Both the position numbers and the translations under genes were made by a program. Below are positions 36,491 through 47,658 of a stretch of DNA of 64,000 nt, in pieces. The notes under the pieces were generated by a model, which did no database searches, was not told the origin of the DNA, and saw only the letters and a program-made list of their open reading frames with translations. The stretch spans positions 7,128 through 71,127 of the forward strand of contig CAZYPR010000005.1 of the NCBI GenBank assembly GCA_964649495.1, given 5' to 3'. Source of the DNA: an uncultured Clostridia bacterium. Lineage in GTDB: Bacteria; Acidobacteriota; Aminicenantia; JBFLYD01; JBBIMS01. Position 1 is the first letter of the stretch. Each line of letters begins with the position of its first letter.

Positions 36491-37531
36491 TTATTTTCCT
36501 TCTTTAAGCTCTCTGAACACAGCTTCTACATTCCTCGAGAATCTCTGGGAATAGCCTTCCATATTTTTATAGTTGGTAAGTTCTGCCTTTTTTAAAGTCT
36601 CCTCAAGGGATAATCCCTCATCAACATAATTTTTCACCTCATCCCTCAAGGATTTAAGGTATTCTGCCTGAGCTCTCAAAATACTCTTATCTCCAATCTC
36701 TCCATGTCCAGGAATTACGATTTTGATGTCCATCCTCTCAACTTCTTCAAGAATTCTTATCCAGTTCTCTGTGCTTGATCCTCCCTGAAAATCAATGTAG
36801 GGAATTATCTTGTTGAATACAAGATCTCCCATATGAATTGTCTTCTCTGTAGGAAAATAAACCATCAGGTCTCCATCTGTATGCCCTCTTCCAGAATAAA
36901 AAAGAATTATCTCATTCCCTCCAAGCTTAATAGATTCCTTTTTCTCAACTGTTATCTGTGGTAGAATAATCTTCAAATTCTCAATATCCTTCAACCTTCT
37001 TTCAAGGGAGGAAAGTTCTTCCTCTGCCTTCCTCATATCAGGCCTATTCTCTGCTTTTAATTTTTCAACTTTTTCCTTGGCAGATTTAATTTGTTCAGGA
37101 AGAGTTTTTGTTTTTGCCTCCTCGAGCCTTGGCAATGTTATATTTTCAATATTCTTTTTTGTGTTAATATGGGATATAAAAGTGGCTTTCTCAAATACCT
37201 GTGCACCCTGAATGTGGTCGCCGTGGTAATGGGTAAAAACAAGATATTTAATCTCTTTCTCTGTCACCTCTCGTATTTTCTTCAATAACTGCTCACCAAG
37301 GTAAGGAGATGTCTTAGAGTCAATCAACAGAACTCCATCCTCTGTAACAAAAAAGGCACAGTTTCCTCCTCCACCAATAACAGCGTATAAATTTTCAGTC
37401 AATTTTTTTAGTGTTAGTTCCTGAGAAGAGACAATATTAAAAAGCAAAAAAATCAATAATAAAATCGAAAAATGAAGGAATCTTCTTGTAATCATTCTGA
37501 CCTCCCAATTTATTTTACTCAAATTAATCAA
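36491..37531 (-). CDS. Secreted MBL-fold metallo-hydrolase with an inserted coiled coil
   Basis: HxHxDH motif (THYHGDHIQG) and a later HTDGD / PGHG metal-ligand segment. Signal peptide present. Confidence 0.75.
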   Translation of the reverse strand: MINLSKINWEVRMITRRFLHFSILLLIFLLFNIVSSQELTLKKLTENLYAVIGGGGNCAFFVTEDGVLLIDSKTSPYLGEQLLKKIREVTEKEIKYLVFTHYHGDHIQGAQVFEKATFISHINTKKNIENITLPRLEEAKTKTLPEQIKSAKEKVEKLKAENRPDMRKAEEELSSLERRLKDIENLKIILPQITVEKKESIKLGGNEIILFYSGRGHTDGDLMVYFPTEKTIHMGDLVFNKIIPYIDFQGGSSTENWIRILEEVERMDIKIVIPGHGEIGDKSILRAQAEYLKSLRDEVKNYVDEGLSLEETLKKAELTNYKNMEGYSQRFSRNVEAVFRELKEGK

Positions 37532-37595
37532 AAATGTTTCATTTTATAGACAGAAAAAATTTTGACTTTGTTAGATAAATGTGTAAAATATACCT

Positions 37596-40217
37596 ATGAA
37601 TTTTAAGTATTTTGTTCCTTTTTTAATTATTTTAATTTTTTTTTGTTTTTTTCTATTTAATGTTCAAAATAGAATAAAAGAGGACAACCTTTCCAATTTC
37701 ACCATTTACCAGAAATCAGTTACCAAATATACTTCCAACAAATTTTTCCAGTTTCTGAAAGCAAGAATGACGAGGCTCACTGTAATCTCCTCCCTTGATG
37801 TCGTCAAGAAGAGGGATATGGCAAAAATACCAAAGGATATGGAGGATTATTTCAAATATCTCAGGGAACAATATATTAAAGGAATCTTCCTTTACGATGA
37901 AAATGGACTTGTAATATACTCCACTTTCAAAAAAGAGATGGGCTCAGACCATTCAAACACTGATTTTTTTAAGTGGTGTAAAGTTGAGGGAAGAAAGGGA
38001 AAGTTCTTCGCATTTCCTTTTTTGCATATTGAATATAGAAAATTATTCCCTTCACTGAAATTGAAACCTTCAGATCTCTTTTTAATTACGCCTGTTTTTG
38101 ATGATGAAAACGGAAGAACACTTTTCTTGGGTGCCCTTGCAATAATAATTGACCTTGGAAATTTTATAGAGAAGGAGCTTCTCCTTTCAGATATAAGAGA
38201 ATTTAGCGAAGTCCTCATTCTCTGGAATGACGGAACAGTAATATATTCGAGATTCCATCCAGAGATGGTAAGAAGGAATGTAAATGATAGGGATTGCCTG
38301 AGATGTCACTCCTCCCTTAATACTTTTCAAAAAGCATTGCGGGAGCCATCAGGTGAATTTGAGTTTTACTTTGGTAAAGAAAGAAAGTTTGCAAATTTTC
38401 AAACCGTTGATCTTGAGGATTTTTCCTTTAAACTTTTTGTATACACCCCATATAAAAAAATCTTTGGACTTGCCCATAGAAGTATAGCAGGAACATTGAT
38501 TCTTACAGTAGTTTTAATTCTCGCTTTTACCCTTTCATTCTCAATGTTTATGAGTTCGAGGTCCCAGAGGATAAAAGCAGAGGAAAAAATTCTTAGCCTT
38601 AGAACTCGTCTCGAACTTGAGGAGAAACTTAGAAAAACCGAAGAAAAATTTTACACCTTTGGAAATATAACCAGTGATGGAATATGGCTTTATAAAACAG
38701 ATGTTCCAATACCAGTGGATCTTCCAGTTGATGAACAGTTAAAGATGATTATTGAGCGTGGTTATATTGCATGGTGCAATGATTCAATGGCTAAGATGTA
38801 TGGTCTTGAAGGAAAAGAAGATCTTATAGGAAAACCTTTAAAAGAGATCCTTGATCCAGAAAACCCAAGAAACATTGAGTTTTTAAGGGCTTTTGTAAGA
38901 AATGGATACAATCTAAAAAATTACGAATCTTATGAAAAGGACATTCACGGCAAAACCCATGTTTTTCTTAACAGTATTCAGGGTATTATAAAGGACAAAT
39001 GTTTAATAGAAGCATGGTGTTCCCAAAAGGATATAACTGAAGAAAAAGAGAGGGAAGAGGAAAGAAGAAGGCTTCAAAACCAGCTCTTCCAGGTCCAGAA
39101 GATGGAGGCAATTGGAAGGCTTACAGGAGGGATTGCCCACGATTTCAATAATATTTTAACAGCAATAATTGGATATGCTGAACTGGCAATATCCAGTATG
39201 TCTCCCTCAGATCCCAATTACAGAAAAATAAAATCAATTCTCGAATCTGCAACGAGAGCTTCAAGTCTTACAAAAAAATTGCTAACATTCAGCAAAAAGC
39301 AGTTGGGAGAGCCTGTTGTAGTGAATTTGAACTATGTTATAAACTCCATGGAAGATATTCGAAAAAGAACAATAGGTGAAGATATAAATTTTGTTTTATC
39401 CCTTGATAAGGATTTGAAACCTGTTGAAATAGAAACAACCCAGATGGAGCAAGTAATCTTAAATCTTGTTGTAAATGCAAGGGAAGCAATGCCACAGGGA
39501 GGAACATTGAAAATCTCAACAAGAAATGTTTTTAAATCCAATGAGAGTTGTGCTCTTTGTTCTATGCCTATTGAGGGTGAGTTTGTTGAGCTCTCAATTT
39601 CAGATGACGGAGTTGGAATTCCTGAAGAGATTAAAGACAAAATCTTTGAGCCATTCTATTCCACAAAGAAAGAGGGGACAGGATTAGGACTTTCCATTGT
39701 ATACGGTGCTGTCTCCCAGATGAATGGACATCTAAAATTTGAGAGTAAAGTGGGAGAGGGAACAACTTTCACTGTTTATCTACCTGTTTACAAAGGAAAG
39801 AAAAGAGAGGAAGGTAAAAAGATATTTGTTGAAACTGAAGAGATAAGGGGAGGAGATGAAACAATCCTTTTGGTGGAAGATGAAAAGGATATTCTTGAAA
39901 TGATGAGGGACTTCCTCTCTGAACTTGGCTATGAAGTTATAACAGCTTCGAGTGCTGAGGAGGCAAGGGAGAAGGTTAAAGGGATTCCAAGAGTTGATTT
40001 CCTTGTTACTGATGTAATTTTGCCAGGGAAAAAAGGACCCGATTTTGCAAATGAGATGAAATTAATTTATCCTCAAATAAAAGTTCTTTTTATTTCAGGC
40101 TACCCCGAGGACAGGATATCAGCTCAGTCTGTTTGGAAAGGAGAGGTGAATTTCCTTGCGAAACCTTTCACTCCATTTTCTCTTGCTAAAAAGATAAGGG
40201 AAATACTGGACAGCTAA
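37596..40217 (+). CDS. Hybrid sensor histidine kinase (N-terminal TM and extracytoplasmic sensor, PAS, HisKA, HATPase_c, C-terminal receiver)
   Basis: H-box [15 protein letters not shown]1/G2 boxes ([27 protein letters not shown]) and receiver domain ILLVEDEKD...VTDVILPG...LAKPF. Confidence 0.8.
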   Translation: MNFKYFVPFLIILIFFCFFLFNVQNRIKEDNLSNFTIYQKSVTKYTSNKFFQFLKARMTRLTVISSLDVVKKRDMAKIPKDMEDYFKYLREQYIKGIFLYDENGLVIYSTFKKEMGSDHSNTDFFKWCKVEGRKGKFFAFPFLHIEYRKLFPSLKLKPSDLFLITPVFDDENGRTLFLGALAIIIDLGNFIEKELLLSDIREFSEVLILWNDGTVIYSRFHPEMVRRNVNDRDCLRCHSSLNTFQKALREPSGEFEFYFGKERKFANFQTVDLEDFSFKLFVYTPYKKIFGLAHRSIAGTLILTVVLILAFTLSFSMFMSSRSQRIKAEEKILSLRTRLELEEKLRKTEEKFYTFGNITSDGIWLYKTDVPIPVDLPVDEQLKMIIERGYIAWCNDSMAKMYGLEGKEDLIGKPLKEILDPENPRNIEFLRAFVRNGYNLKNYESYEKDIHGKTHVFLNSIQGIIKDKCLIEAWCSQKDITEEKEREEERRRLQNQLFQVQKMEAIGRLTGGIAHDFNNILTAIIGYAELAISSMSPSDPNYRKIKSILESATRASSLTKKLLTFSKKQLGEPVVVNLNYVINSMEDIRKRTIGEDINFVLSLDKDLKPVEIETTQMEQVILNLVVNAREAMPQGGTLKISTRNVFKSNESCALCSMPIEGEFVELSISDDGVGIPEEIKDKIFEPFYSTKKEGTGLGLSIVYGAVSQMNGHLKFESKVGEGTTFTVYLPVYKGKKREEGKKIFVETEEIRGGDETILLVEDEKDILEMMRDFLSELGYEVITASSAEEAREKVKGIPRVDFLVTDVILPGKKGPDFANEMKLIYPQIKVLFISGYPEDRISAQSVWKGEVNFLAKPFTPFSLAKKIREILDS

Positions 40218-40279
40218 AAGCTATCAGCTTGAGAGTTAAACTTAAATTGTAAAGTGTAAAATTCAACACTCCCGGAAAT

Positions 40280-41341
40280 CTACAATCCTTTCTTACTTAT
40301 CTCGTTTATTTTTATATTGGGTATCTCCTTCTTACAGAATGGACACTTCCCATCCTTTATCAAAACTCTCAATAAATGAATACCACTTCTTTCTATTATA
40401 AGATTCTTGCAACTGGGACAATAGGTGTTTTCTCCGGGATGTCCAAAAACATTTCCAATATACACATATTTTAAGCCTTTTTCCATTGAAATTTTTCTAA
40501 ATTTTTCAAGGGTTTTTATAGGGGTTGGTGGAATATGGGAAAGGAATCTGTGGGGGAAGAATCTTGTAAAATGCCATGGTGTATCATCTCCAAGATTTTC
40601 AAGAATCCATAAGGATGCTTTTTCAATCTCCTCATCATTGTCATTGTAGCCAGGGATAACATTGGTTATCAGCTCAATAGGAATGTTGGAGTTTTTAATT
40701 TTTTTTATTGAATCCAAGATATTCTCAAATCTTTCATGGTGGGAAATCTTTTTATATGTTTCCTTAGAAAAACCTTTGAGGTCAATCCTTATGGAATCGA
40801 GGAAAGGAAGGAGAGAGGAAAGGGATTCTTCTGTGAAGGAGCCATTGCTAACAAGATTTGTAAGTATCCCTTTTTCTTTACAAAATTTTGCACAATCAAG
40901 AATATATTCAAGAGAAAGTAAAGGCTCATTGTAGGTCCATGATATTCCTTTACACTGATAAATTTCAGCAATCTTTACAAGTTCTTCAGGCGAAATGAAT
41001 GAGCCTTTTTTGAAACTTTTATAGGAAAGATGAGCAATATCCCAGTTCTGGCAACCGGGACATCGAAAATTGCATCCAAAGGAGCCAAGGGAAAGCCAGA
41101 GAGAACCCGGATAAAAGTGGAACATGGGTTTCTTCTCTATAGGAGAAATTGCCATTGATGAGACAATTCCATAAAGCATTGTGTAAATTTTCCCATTTTT
41201 CCCAATTCTTGTTCCGCAATAACCCGATGATCCATCTCTTATTATGCATCTTCTCAGACATGTAAGACATTGGGTTTTATTATTAATTTTTTTCTGGAGA
41301 AGAGCTTCCTTAATCCATGGTTCATTTGAAAATTCTCTCAT
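40280..41341 (-). CDS. AmmeMemoRadiSam-system-type radical SAM enzyme (PFL-activase-like)
   Basis: N-terminal Cys-rich knuckle (CLTCLRRCII..GYCGTR), IEKKPMFHFYPGS, and a CxxxCxxC cluster in an unusual context (GCNFRCPGCQNW). This matches the family pattern CLLCPHNC...IEKKPLYHFYPGS...GCNFRCKFCQNW. Confidence 0.7.
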   Translation of the reverse strand: MREFSNEPWIKEALLQKKINNKTQCLTCLRRCIIRDGSSGYCGTRIGKNGKIYTMLYGIVSSMAISPIEKKPMFHFYPGSLWLSLGSFGCNFRCPGCQNWDIAHLSYKSFKKGSFISPEELVKIAEIYQCKGISWTYNEPLLSLEYILDCAKFCKEKGILTNLVSNGSFTEESLSSLLPFLDSIRIDLKGFSKETYKKISHHERFENILDSIKKIKNSNIPIELITNVIPGYNDNDEEIEKASLWILENLGDDTPWHFTRFFPHRFLSHIPPTPIKTLEKFRKISMEKGLKYVYIGNVFGHPGENTYCPSCKNLIIERSGIHLLRVLIKDGKCPFCKKEIPNIKINEISKKGL

Positions 41342-41351
41342 GGATTAAACT

Positions 41352-41843
41352 TTAACCATTCATTGGATAAACAATGCTCTTATCCTTTACATTGCAGAGG
41401 AGCTCAAAAATTGATTCTCCAAGTATGGGATGAATTAAAAAAGGGCAAATCTCTGAAAGAGGGAGAAGAACAAATTTTCTTAGATGCATACTTTCATGGG
41501 GAATTTTTAATGATTCAGAATTAAAGGTAAAGGGGTGAAAATCCATTAAAACAATGTCTATGTCAATTGGTCTTGGACCTTTCTCTACTCCATTACCATT
41601 TCTTCCGAGAATCTTTTCAATCTCCTTTAATTTTGAAAGTAAATTAAGGGGTTCAAGCTCTGTCAATACTGAGATGGCAGAATTAACAAACCAATCCTGT
41701 TTCATGAAATCAACAGGCTCTGTAAGATAAAGGGAGGATTTTTTCTCAATTTTAATTCCCCTCTCTTCCATCTTTTCGAGACAGAGTTTTATATTGAAAA
41801 TGGGATTCCCCATGTTGCTTCCTATGGAAAGGTAGTATCTCAT
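41352..41843 (-). CDS. folK: 2-amino-4-hydroxy-6-hydroxymethyldihydropteridine pyrophosphokinase (HPPK)
   Basis: YLSIGSNMGN...SSLYLTEPVDFMKQDWFVNSA...LLSKLKEIEKILGR...GPRPIDIDIV match the HPPK signatures. Confidence 0.8.
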   Translation of the reverse strand: MRYYLSIGSNMGNPIFNIKLCLEKMEERGIKIEKKSSLYLTEPVDFMKQDWFVNSAISVLTELEPLNLLSKLKEIEKILGRNGNGVEKGPRPIDIDIVLMDFHPFTFNSESLKIPHESMHLRKFVLLPLSEICPFLIHPILGESIFELLCNVKDKSIVYPMNG

Positions 41844-42565
41844 TTTTTAATATCCAGTGTTTTTGGCATTCTATCAATGTGATGAAGAATCAACTCATTT
41901 ACTAAATTTTCAATCATGTTTTTTTTATTTTCAGGAATTGGAAAATCCTTTAAATTGGAAGGAGGATTTTTTAATATAAATTCCAGAAATTCTCCTGTAT
42001 ATTCAGGGACTTCCATTGTTTTTATTTTGGCACACTCATAGCAGTAAACTCCATCCATAGAAGGAGAAAGATAACCACCCTTCTCCTTTCTGCATTTCTT
42101 GCATCTTCTCAAATCAGGTAGAAATCCTGATCCTTTCAATAGCCAGAATTTAAAATAAAGAAGGGAAACTTCTATTTCAATCCCATTTAAAGTTGCTTCC
42201 AGACATGCTTTTAATAACCTGAATATTTTTTCATCCTTAACCCTCTGGGGAAGAAACTCCCCAAGAAGTTCGATCATTTGAGAAAAACCATTGAAAATTT
42301 TTGGGTCTCTCTGAATTTCAAAATAGGATTTTATGAGCTCAGCTGTTTTTATAACAAAGAGCTCTCTCCCTTCTCTTTCGTAATAGATAAATTTTATGTG
42401 GGAAAGAGGTTCAAGAGTTGAGCCAAAGCGATTTCTAAATTTTAAAGCTCCCTTGGCAACCCCCTTTACTATTCCGTGTTCCCTCGAAAAAATTGTCACA
42501 ATTTTATCTATCTCTTTAACCTTTATACTCCTCAAAACAATTCCTTCATCCTCTTTTATTGGCAT
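41840..42565 (-). CDS. recO: DNA repair protein RecO
   Basis: N-terminal OB-fold pattern (EGIVLRSIKVKEIDKIVTIFSREHGIVKGVAKG) and C-terminal Cys4 zinc motif (CKKC...CYEC). Confidence 0.7.
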   Translation of the reverse strand: MPIKEDEGIVLRSIKVKEIDKIVTIFSREHGIVKGVAKGALKFRNRFGSTLEPLSHIKFIYYEREGRELFVIKTAELIKSYFEIQRDPKIFNGFSQMIELLGEFLPQRVKDEKIFRLLKACLEATLNGIEIEVSLLYFKFWLLKGSGFLPDLRRCKKCRKEKGGYLSPSMDGVYCYECAKIKTMEVPEYTGEFLEFILKNPPSNLKDFPIPENKKNMIENLVNELILHHIDRMPKTLDIKK

Positions 42566-42634
42566 AGATTAATTATATTGCAAGTGTATACAAAAATCGA
42601 GCCTATATAAAGCATGCGGATACAAAGCTGAAAA

Positions 42635-43807
42635 CTAAGACTCTACCATGAGGAAAAGACTCTTTAGATACAATGTTTCTGGAATCTGAATTACCCAAGG
42701 GTGGTCAATGGGTTGGAATGTTATATCCAGAACCTTTACCCTTACTCCTGCATCTGAGGCTGAAAGTTTTGCCATCTCAAGAAGTGTCTGAAGGGAAATA
42801 TGATAGGAGCAGGAAGATATTAGAATTACGCATCCTTTTCTTGCGATTTTAAAAGAGTTGTAAAGTATTTTCCAGTAAGCCCATTTCCCCTTTTCAACAT
42901 CGGATCTCTTCTTCACAATTCCAGGAGGATCAGCCACTATAATATCAAACTTTCTCCCTCCTTTAGCTTCCTCCTCAAGGAAATCGTATGAATTCCCATG
43001 GATAAAATCTATCCTTGATAAAAGACCATTCAATTTTGCATTCTCCCTCCCCAATTCTAAATTTTTACCCTCAAGCTCCACTGATTTAACCTTCCCTCCT
43101 CTTCTTGCAAGGAAAAGGGAGAAAGCTCCTGTATAGGAGAAAAGGTCAAGACATTCCATCCCTTCTTTTGTCATTTCCTCAATCTTCCTTCTATTTTCCC
43201 TCTGATCAAGATAAAATCCAGTTTTCATTCCCTCCTTAACATCAACATAAAAACTCAATCCCCTTTCATCAATTTTTACCATATCAGGGTCAACCCCATA
43301 AAGAAGCCCCCTTTCATCCTTCAGCCCCTCTTCAGCCCTGAACTCTCCGTCAGACCTCTCAAAAATTGAGGAAGGATTTAAGAGTTTTACTATCTTTTCA
43401 ACAATTTTTGGTTTTAAATTATCAATCCCCTTTACTCTGCTCTGAAAAACAATCGTTTTATCGTATCTGTCAACAATTAGACCGGGAAGCCCATCAGCTT
43501 CAGAATAAAAAAGACGGACTGCATTTGTCTCTTTGATTCCCCTCCTGAGTTCTAAGGCTTTTGAGAATCTTTTCTCAAATACTTCTTCAATATCTTCATT
43601 CCCATCCATGTCAAAAATTCTCAAAGCTATATGGGATTTATTACTCCAGAAACCCCTTCCTAAAAAGTTGTCATCAATGTCGAATACTCCAACAATCTCT
43701 CCATCTTCAAGGTTCTTTTCCTTCTTCTCTATCTCATCCCTGAAAACCCATGGATAAAAGTTTCTTATTTTTTTCTCTTTACCCCTTTTAATCCAAATCC
43801 TTTTCAT
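42635..43807 (-). CDS. rlmI: 23S rRNA m5C methyltransferase of the RlmI/RlmK type (PUA domain plus class I SAM MTase)
   Basis: N-terminal PUA-like segment (RNFYPWVFRDEI), SAM motif I (DLFSYTGAFSL) and DPPG/DPP post-I motif (IVADPPGI). Confidence 0.7.
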   Translation of the reverse strand: MKRIWIKRGKEKKIRNFYPWVFRDEIEKKEKNLEDGEIVGVFDIDDNFLGRGFWSNKSHIALRIFDMDGNEDIEEVFEKRFSKALELRRGIKETNAVRLFYSEADGLPGLIVDRYDKTIVFQSRVKGIDNLKPKIVEKIVKLLNPSSIFERSDGEFRAEEGLKDERGLLYGVDPDMVKIDERGLSFYVDVKEGMKTGFYLDQRENRRKIEEMTKEGMECLDLFSYTGAFSLFLARRGGKVKSVELEGKNLELGRENAKLNGLLSRIDFIHGNSYDFLEEEAKGGRKFDIIVADPPGIVKKRSDVEKGKWAYWKILYNSFKIARKGCVILISSCSYHISLQTLLEMAKLSASDAGVRVKVLDITFQPIDHPWVIQIPETLYLKSLFLMVES

Positions 43808-43870
43808 TTCTTTTATTTTAGATCTTGCTTTTCCAATTTTTTAGTATATATTATTAATGAAGGAGATGAA

Positions 43871-45058
43871 ATGGGATTAGAAGTTGGAGTTGGATGGAGC
43901 AAAATTGAAGATTCATACATTGCTGGAAGGGAAGCCTCTGAAAAGGCAATCTCAGCTCTTGGAAGTCCCTCCCCCGACCTTGTTTTTGCTTTCTCTTCAA
44001 TAAGATTTGACCACAAAAAATTGATCAAGGGAGTTAGAGAGGTTTTTAAAGATAAACCCCTTTTAGGTTGCACAACAGGTGGTGAGATTTGCAGTGAGGG
44101 GCCTCAGAAAGGTTCTGTGGTTGTATCAGCATTAAAATTTCAAAAGGCAAAGATTAAGATTGGGAAGGTTGAGAATATAAGCAAAAACCTTAGAAAAGCG
44201 GGAGAAGATATCGGTTCAATCCTTACAAAGGATATTCTTCCTGAGGAAGGAGGGACAATTTTTGTTTTTCCCGACGGACTATCGGGAAATATGACAGAGC
44301 TCGTTAGAGGTATTTACGATTCAATCCATCCAACAATTGACCTTGTTGGAGGTGGAGCGGGAGATGAATTTCTTTTTGAAAAAACATATCAGTTCTTCAA
44401 TGATAAAGTTATTACAGATTCTGTTGTTGGAGTTTATATCAACACTGACATCCATTGCGGTTATGGTGTTCGACACGGTTTTTCTCCTGTGGGTGAACCC
44501 CTTCTTGTGACAAAGGCAAAGGGGAATATTCTATATGAACTCAATCAGAGACCAGCAATTGATGCCTATCTTGAATATTTTGGTCTCAGTAAGGATGAAA
44601 AGGGGATTGAGAAGTTAGGAGCAATGAAGGAGGTCAATTTTTACCCCCTTGGAGTTCCTATTTGGAGGGATGAGTATCAGATGGTTCATTTAAATTATAG
44701 AAATCCAGATGGCTCAATAACATGTGCCAATGAGATTCCTGAGAATTCAATAGTAAGGATAATGCATGCAAAAAAGGATGACCTCCTGAATGCCACCAGG
44801 CTTGCTATAAATCAGGCAATTTCAATGATTAAAGGAAAGAATATTAGAGCATGTTTTATCTTCGATTGTGTTTCAAGACCTTTACTCCTTGAGGATTTAT
44901 CCCACGAGGAGATAAATATTGTTAAAGAGCTACTGGGAGAGAACACTCCTATTTCAGGTTTTTACACTTATGGAGAAATAGGAAGGTGCTCAGTAGCGGG
45001 TGGACGCCCCTTCTTCCATACAATGACCTTTGTGATTTCAATTCTTGCGGAGGGATAA
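43871..45058 (+). CDS. FIST-domain sensory protein (FIST_N plus FIST_C)
   Basis: Typical FIST layout and length. Its stop overlaps the ATG of the downstream GAF-array gene (TAATG). Confidence 0.65.
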   Translation: MGLEVGVGWSKIEDSYIAGREASEKAISALGSPSPDLVFAFSSIRFDHKKLIKGVREVFKDKPLLGCTTGGEICSEGPQKGSVVVSALKFQKAKIKIGKVENISKNLRKAGEDIGSILTKDILPEEGGTIFVFPDGLSGNMTELVRGIYDSIHPTIDLVGGGAGDEFLFEKTYQFFNDKVITDSVVGVYINTDIHCGYGVRHGFSPVGEPLLVTKAKGNILYELNQRPAIDAYLEYFGLSKDEKGIEKLGAMKEVNFYPLGVPIWRDEYQMVHLNYRNPDGSITCANEIPENSIVRIMHAKKDDLLNATRLAINQAISMIKGKNIRACFIFDCVSRPLLLEDLSHEEINIVKELLGENTPISGFYTYGEIGRCSVAGGRPFFHTMTFVISILAEG

Positions 45059-47625
45059 TGGAAAAGTTCGATGCTGAAAAGATAAAATCCCTTGAAAGAA
45101 AGGTCACCCAGCTTTCAATACTTTATTCCATTGCTTCATCCATTGGAGTTACTCCTGATGAAAATAGAATTCTTGAACTGGTAATTGATGGAATCATGGA
45201 TAACCTTACTCCTGAAATTGCAATAATTTATCTTCTTGATAGGGAAAAGAATGAGCTTTATCCTTATTTATCAAGGGGGGTTAAAATAGAAGAGATTTCG
45301 AAGGAAAGGATAAAATCAGGAGAGTTCATTTCAGGTTTATGTTTTGAAAAGGGAGAGCCCATTGAAATAGGAATAGATAAGGAAAAGGATTATTTAGAGC
45401 CCTTCTTAAGAAGGTATCCAATCAAAAAAGTAGTGTGTCATCCAATAAAATCCTACAATAGAATTCTCGGGGTTATTCACATAAGCAAATTCTCTTCATT
45501 TACTTTCACTGAAGAGGAAAGATGGATCCTCACAATTCTTGCCAACAGAGCGGGAGTTGCCATGGAGAGTGCAAATTTATATAAGGAACTTGAACTATGG
45601 GGAAAATCCCTTGAAAAAAAGGTTGAGGAGAGAACAAGAGAGATTCAGGAGCATCTTGAAAGGATAAAAGCTCTGGAGAAGACAACTTTAAGGATAAGCT
45701 CTGAGATGAACCTTTCAAAGTCCCTACCCTTTATCGGTAGAGAGAGTGCAAAGATACTCAATGCTGACAAATGGGCAATATTTGTTGTTTCTAAAAAAAG
45801 GCCTGGGCATGTGGAGAAATATTTTTCCTCTGGTCTATCAGAGGATTATCTAAAAGATTTATTAGAAAACTGGAAAAAAGTTGAGGGAGCAAAGGTTGTT
45901 TACTCCCAAAAACCTCTTTTCATAGAAGATATATTGGAAGTAGAAAATCCATTTGCAATAGAACTTGCTTTAAAAGGTGGTTATAGAAGCTTAAATATAA
46001 TTCCATGCAATTTCAGAGGAACCCTTGTAGGAATTATTGTCTACTATCATACCAATCCTAAGACTTACTCTGACAAGGAGAAAGAGATTGCCATTGCATT
46101 TGGAGAGCTGATAGCGCTTGCAATCTCCAACTCAAATCTTTTCCAAAAAAAGAAAAAAGCCATAAAACAGTTAAAAGCAGTTAACAAGCTTGGAAGATTT
46201 ATTGCCACTCCCCTCAATCTTCAGAAAATTTACAATGAAGCAGTTGAACTTATCCAGAAAATCCAGAACTATCCCTTTGTTTTCATTCTTACTTATGAAA
46301 GCATTTCAAATAAGCTTGTTCAGGTTGCAAGTGGTGGATGGCTCAAAGAAAAAGCTCCTCGAAAATACAGTCAGAGCCCTGATAGAGGAATAATCGGAAG
46401 GATCTTCAAAACAGGGAAGATATATCTTGCAAAGGATGTTAGGAAAGACCCTTATTATTTGCCTTATTTTGAAGAAGTAAAATCTGAGCTTGCTGTTCCA
46501 ATAAAAGACAAGAAAGGGAATGTAATTGGAGTTATTGATGTTCAGTCTGAAAATTTAGATGCTTTTGAAAAAGAAGATATAGAAACAATTTCCACCCTTG
46601 CGGACCAGCTCTCCATAATGATTGAGAATATTGTGCTTTACAAAGATTTAACAAATAGAATAAAGGAACTATCAACCCTTTACAACCTCTCGAAAGAACT
46701 TTCATGTCTTCTTGATTTAGAAAAAGTTTTAAACAGAATAATAATAAATTTAAAAGCAATACTTCCATTCACTTCTGGAGGGATACTTATTTATAATCCA
46801 TCTTTAAAGGCACTCGAAGTAAAAGCTTATCTTGGCCCTAAACTCGATGAATTTAAGGGAATAGTTGAGATTGGAAAAGGAATAACAGGGAATTGCTTTT
46901 TGCAAAAAAAACCTATAATTGTTCCTGATGTAAGAAAGGATGAAAGATATTTGCCAGGTGCTCCCAACATTCTTTCTGAAGTAGCTGTTCCACTAATTTA
47001 CCAGAATGAAGTTATAGGTGTTTTAAATCTTGAAAGTTCAAAACTCAACGAATATAACGAAGAGCATCTGAGGATTTTAAATTATGTTGCTTCCCATGTA
47101 GCTTCTGCCATTAGAAATACATTGCTTTTTGAGGAAGTGAAAAGAAAAGCTGAAGAGATGAGAATCCTTAACGAGATAAGCTCTGCTACTATATCAGTTC
47201 TGGATCTGAGAAAACTTTACAGAATCATTTCTAAAAAATTAATGGAAATGTTTAATGTGGACACTTACTATCTTGCCATATGTGACCATAAAAAGGATAT
47301 AATCTCTTTTCCAATTTTTATTGACAGGGGTAAACTATTAAGATTAAAACCAATAAAAATCTCGCAAGCAAGCGGACTTACTGGATGGATAATTCAAAAT
47401 AAAAGACCTTTGATGTTCACTGATTATGAAAAAGAAAAGGGATCCCTTCCAGTTAAAGCTATCATAATAATTAAAGAAACCCAGAGTTACATTGGAGTTC
47501 CAATAATTTTAAAGGAGAAAGTCCTTGGAGTAATTTCAATCCAGAGTTACAAGAAAAAAGCTTTCACCTCAGGTCATCTTGAACTTCTACAGACAATCGC
47601 CAACAACATTGCCCTTTCCCTTTAA
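45058..47625 (+). CDS. Multi-GAF-domain sensor segment (at least four GAF-like modules) ending at an in-frame TAA; the N-terminal part of an interrupted sensor kinase
   Basis: Repeated GAF-like patterns (...GVIHISKF, ...GIIVYYH, ...GVIDVQSEN, ...GVLNLESSK, ...GVISIQSYK). The last residues, IANNIALSL, are the first half of the canonical GAF-to-kinase linker (ALENARLF). Start set at the ATG overlapping the FIST stop. Confidence 0.75.
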   Translation: MEKFDAEKIKSLERKVTQLSILYSIASSIGVTPDENRILELVIDGIMDNLTPEIAIIYLLDREKNELYPYLSRGVKIEEISKERIKSGEFISGLCFEKGEPIEIGIDKEKDYLEPFLRRYPIKKVVCHPIKSYNRILGVIHISKFSSFTFTEEERWILTILANRAGVAMESANLYKELELWGKSLEKKVEERTREIQEHLERIKALEKTTLRISSEMNLSKSLPFIGRESAKILNADKWAIFVVSKKRPGHVEKYFSSGLSEDYLKDLLENWKKVEGAKVVYSQKPLFIEDILEVENPFAIELALKGGYRSLNIIPCNFRGTLVGIIVYYHTNPKTYSDKEKEIAIAFGELIALAISNSNLFQKKKKAIKQLKAVNKLGRFIATPLNLQKIYNEAVELIQKIQNYPFVFILTYESISNKLVQVASGGWLKEKAPRKYSQSPDRGIIGRIFKTGKIYLAKDVRKDPYYLPYFEEVKSELAVPIKDKKGNVIGVIDVQSENLDAFEKEDIETISTLADQLSIMIENIVLYKDLTNRIKELSTLYNLSKELSCLLDLEKVLNRIIINLKAILPFTSGGILIYNPSLKALEVKAYLGPKLDEFKGIVEIGKGITGNCFLQKKPIIVPDVRKDERYLPGAPNILSEVAVPLIYQNEVIGVLNLESSKLNEYNEEHLRILNYVASHVASAIRNTLLFEEVKRKAEEMRILNEISSATISVLDLRKLYRIISKKLMEMFNVDTYYLAICDHKKDIISFPIFIDRGKLLRLKPIKISQASGLTGWIIQNKRPLMFTDYEKEKGSLPVKAIIIIKETQSYIGVPIILKEKVLGVISIQSYKKKAFTSGHLELLQTIANNIALSL
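47623..47625 (+). other. Single in-frame TAA stop separating the GAF array from the kinase core in the same reading frame
   Basis: The reading frame is continuous through LSL-TAA-NARLFKDIKFALKKLKESQKKLIQTEKMRALGIASAGVAHQFNNIL. The 11 codons after the stop contain no ATG. Confidence 0.8.
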
Positions 47626-47658
47626 AATGCAAGGCTTTTCAAAGATATTAAATTCGCA

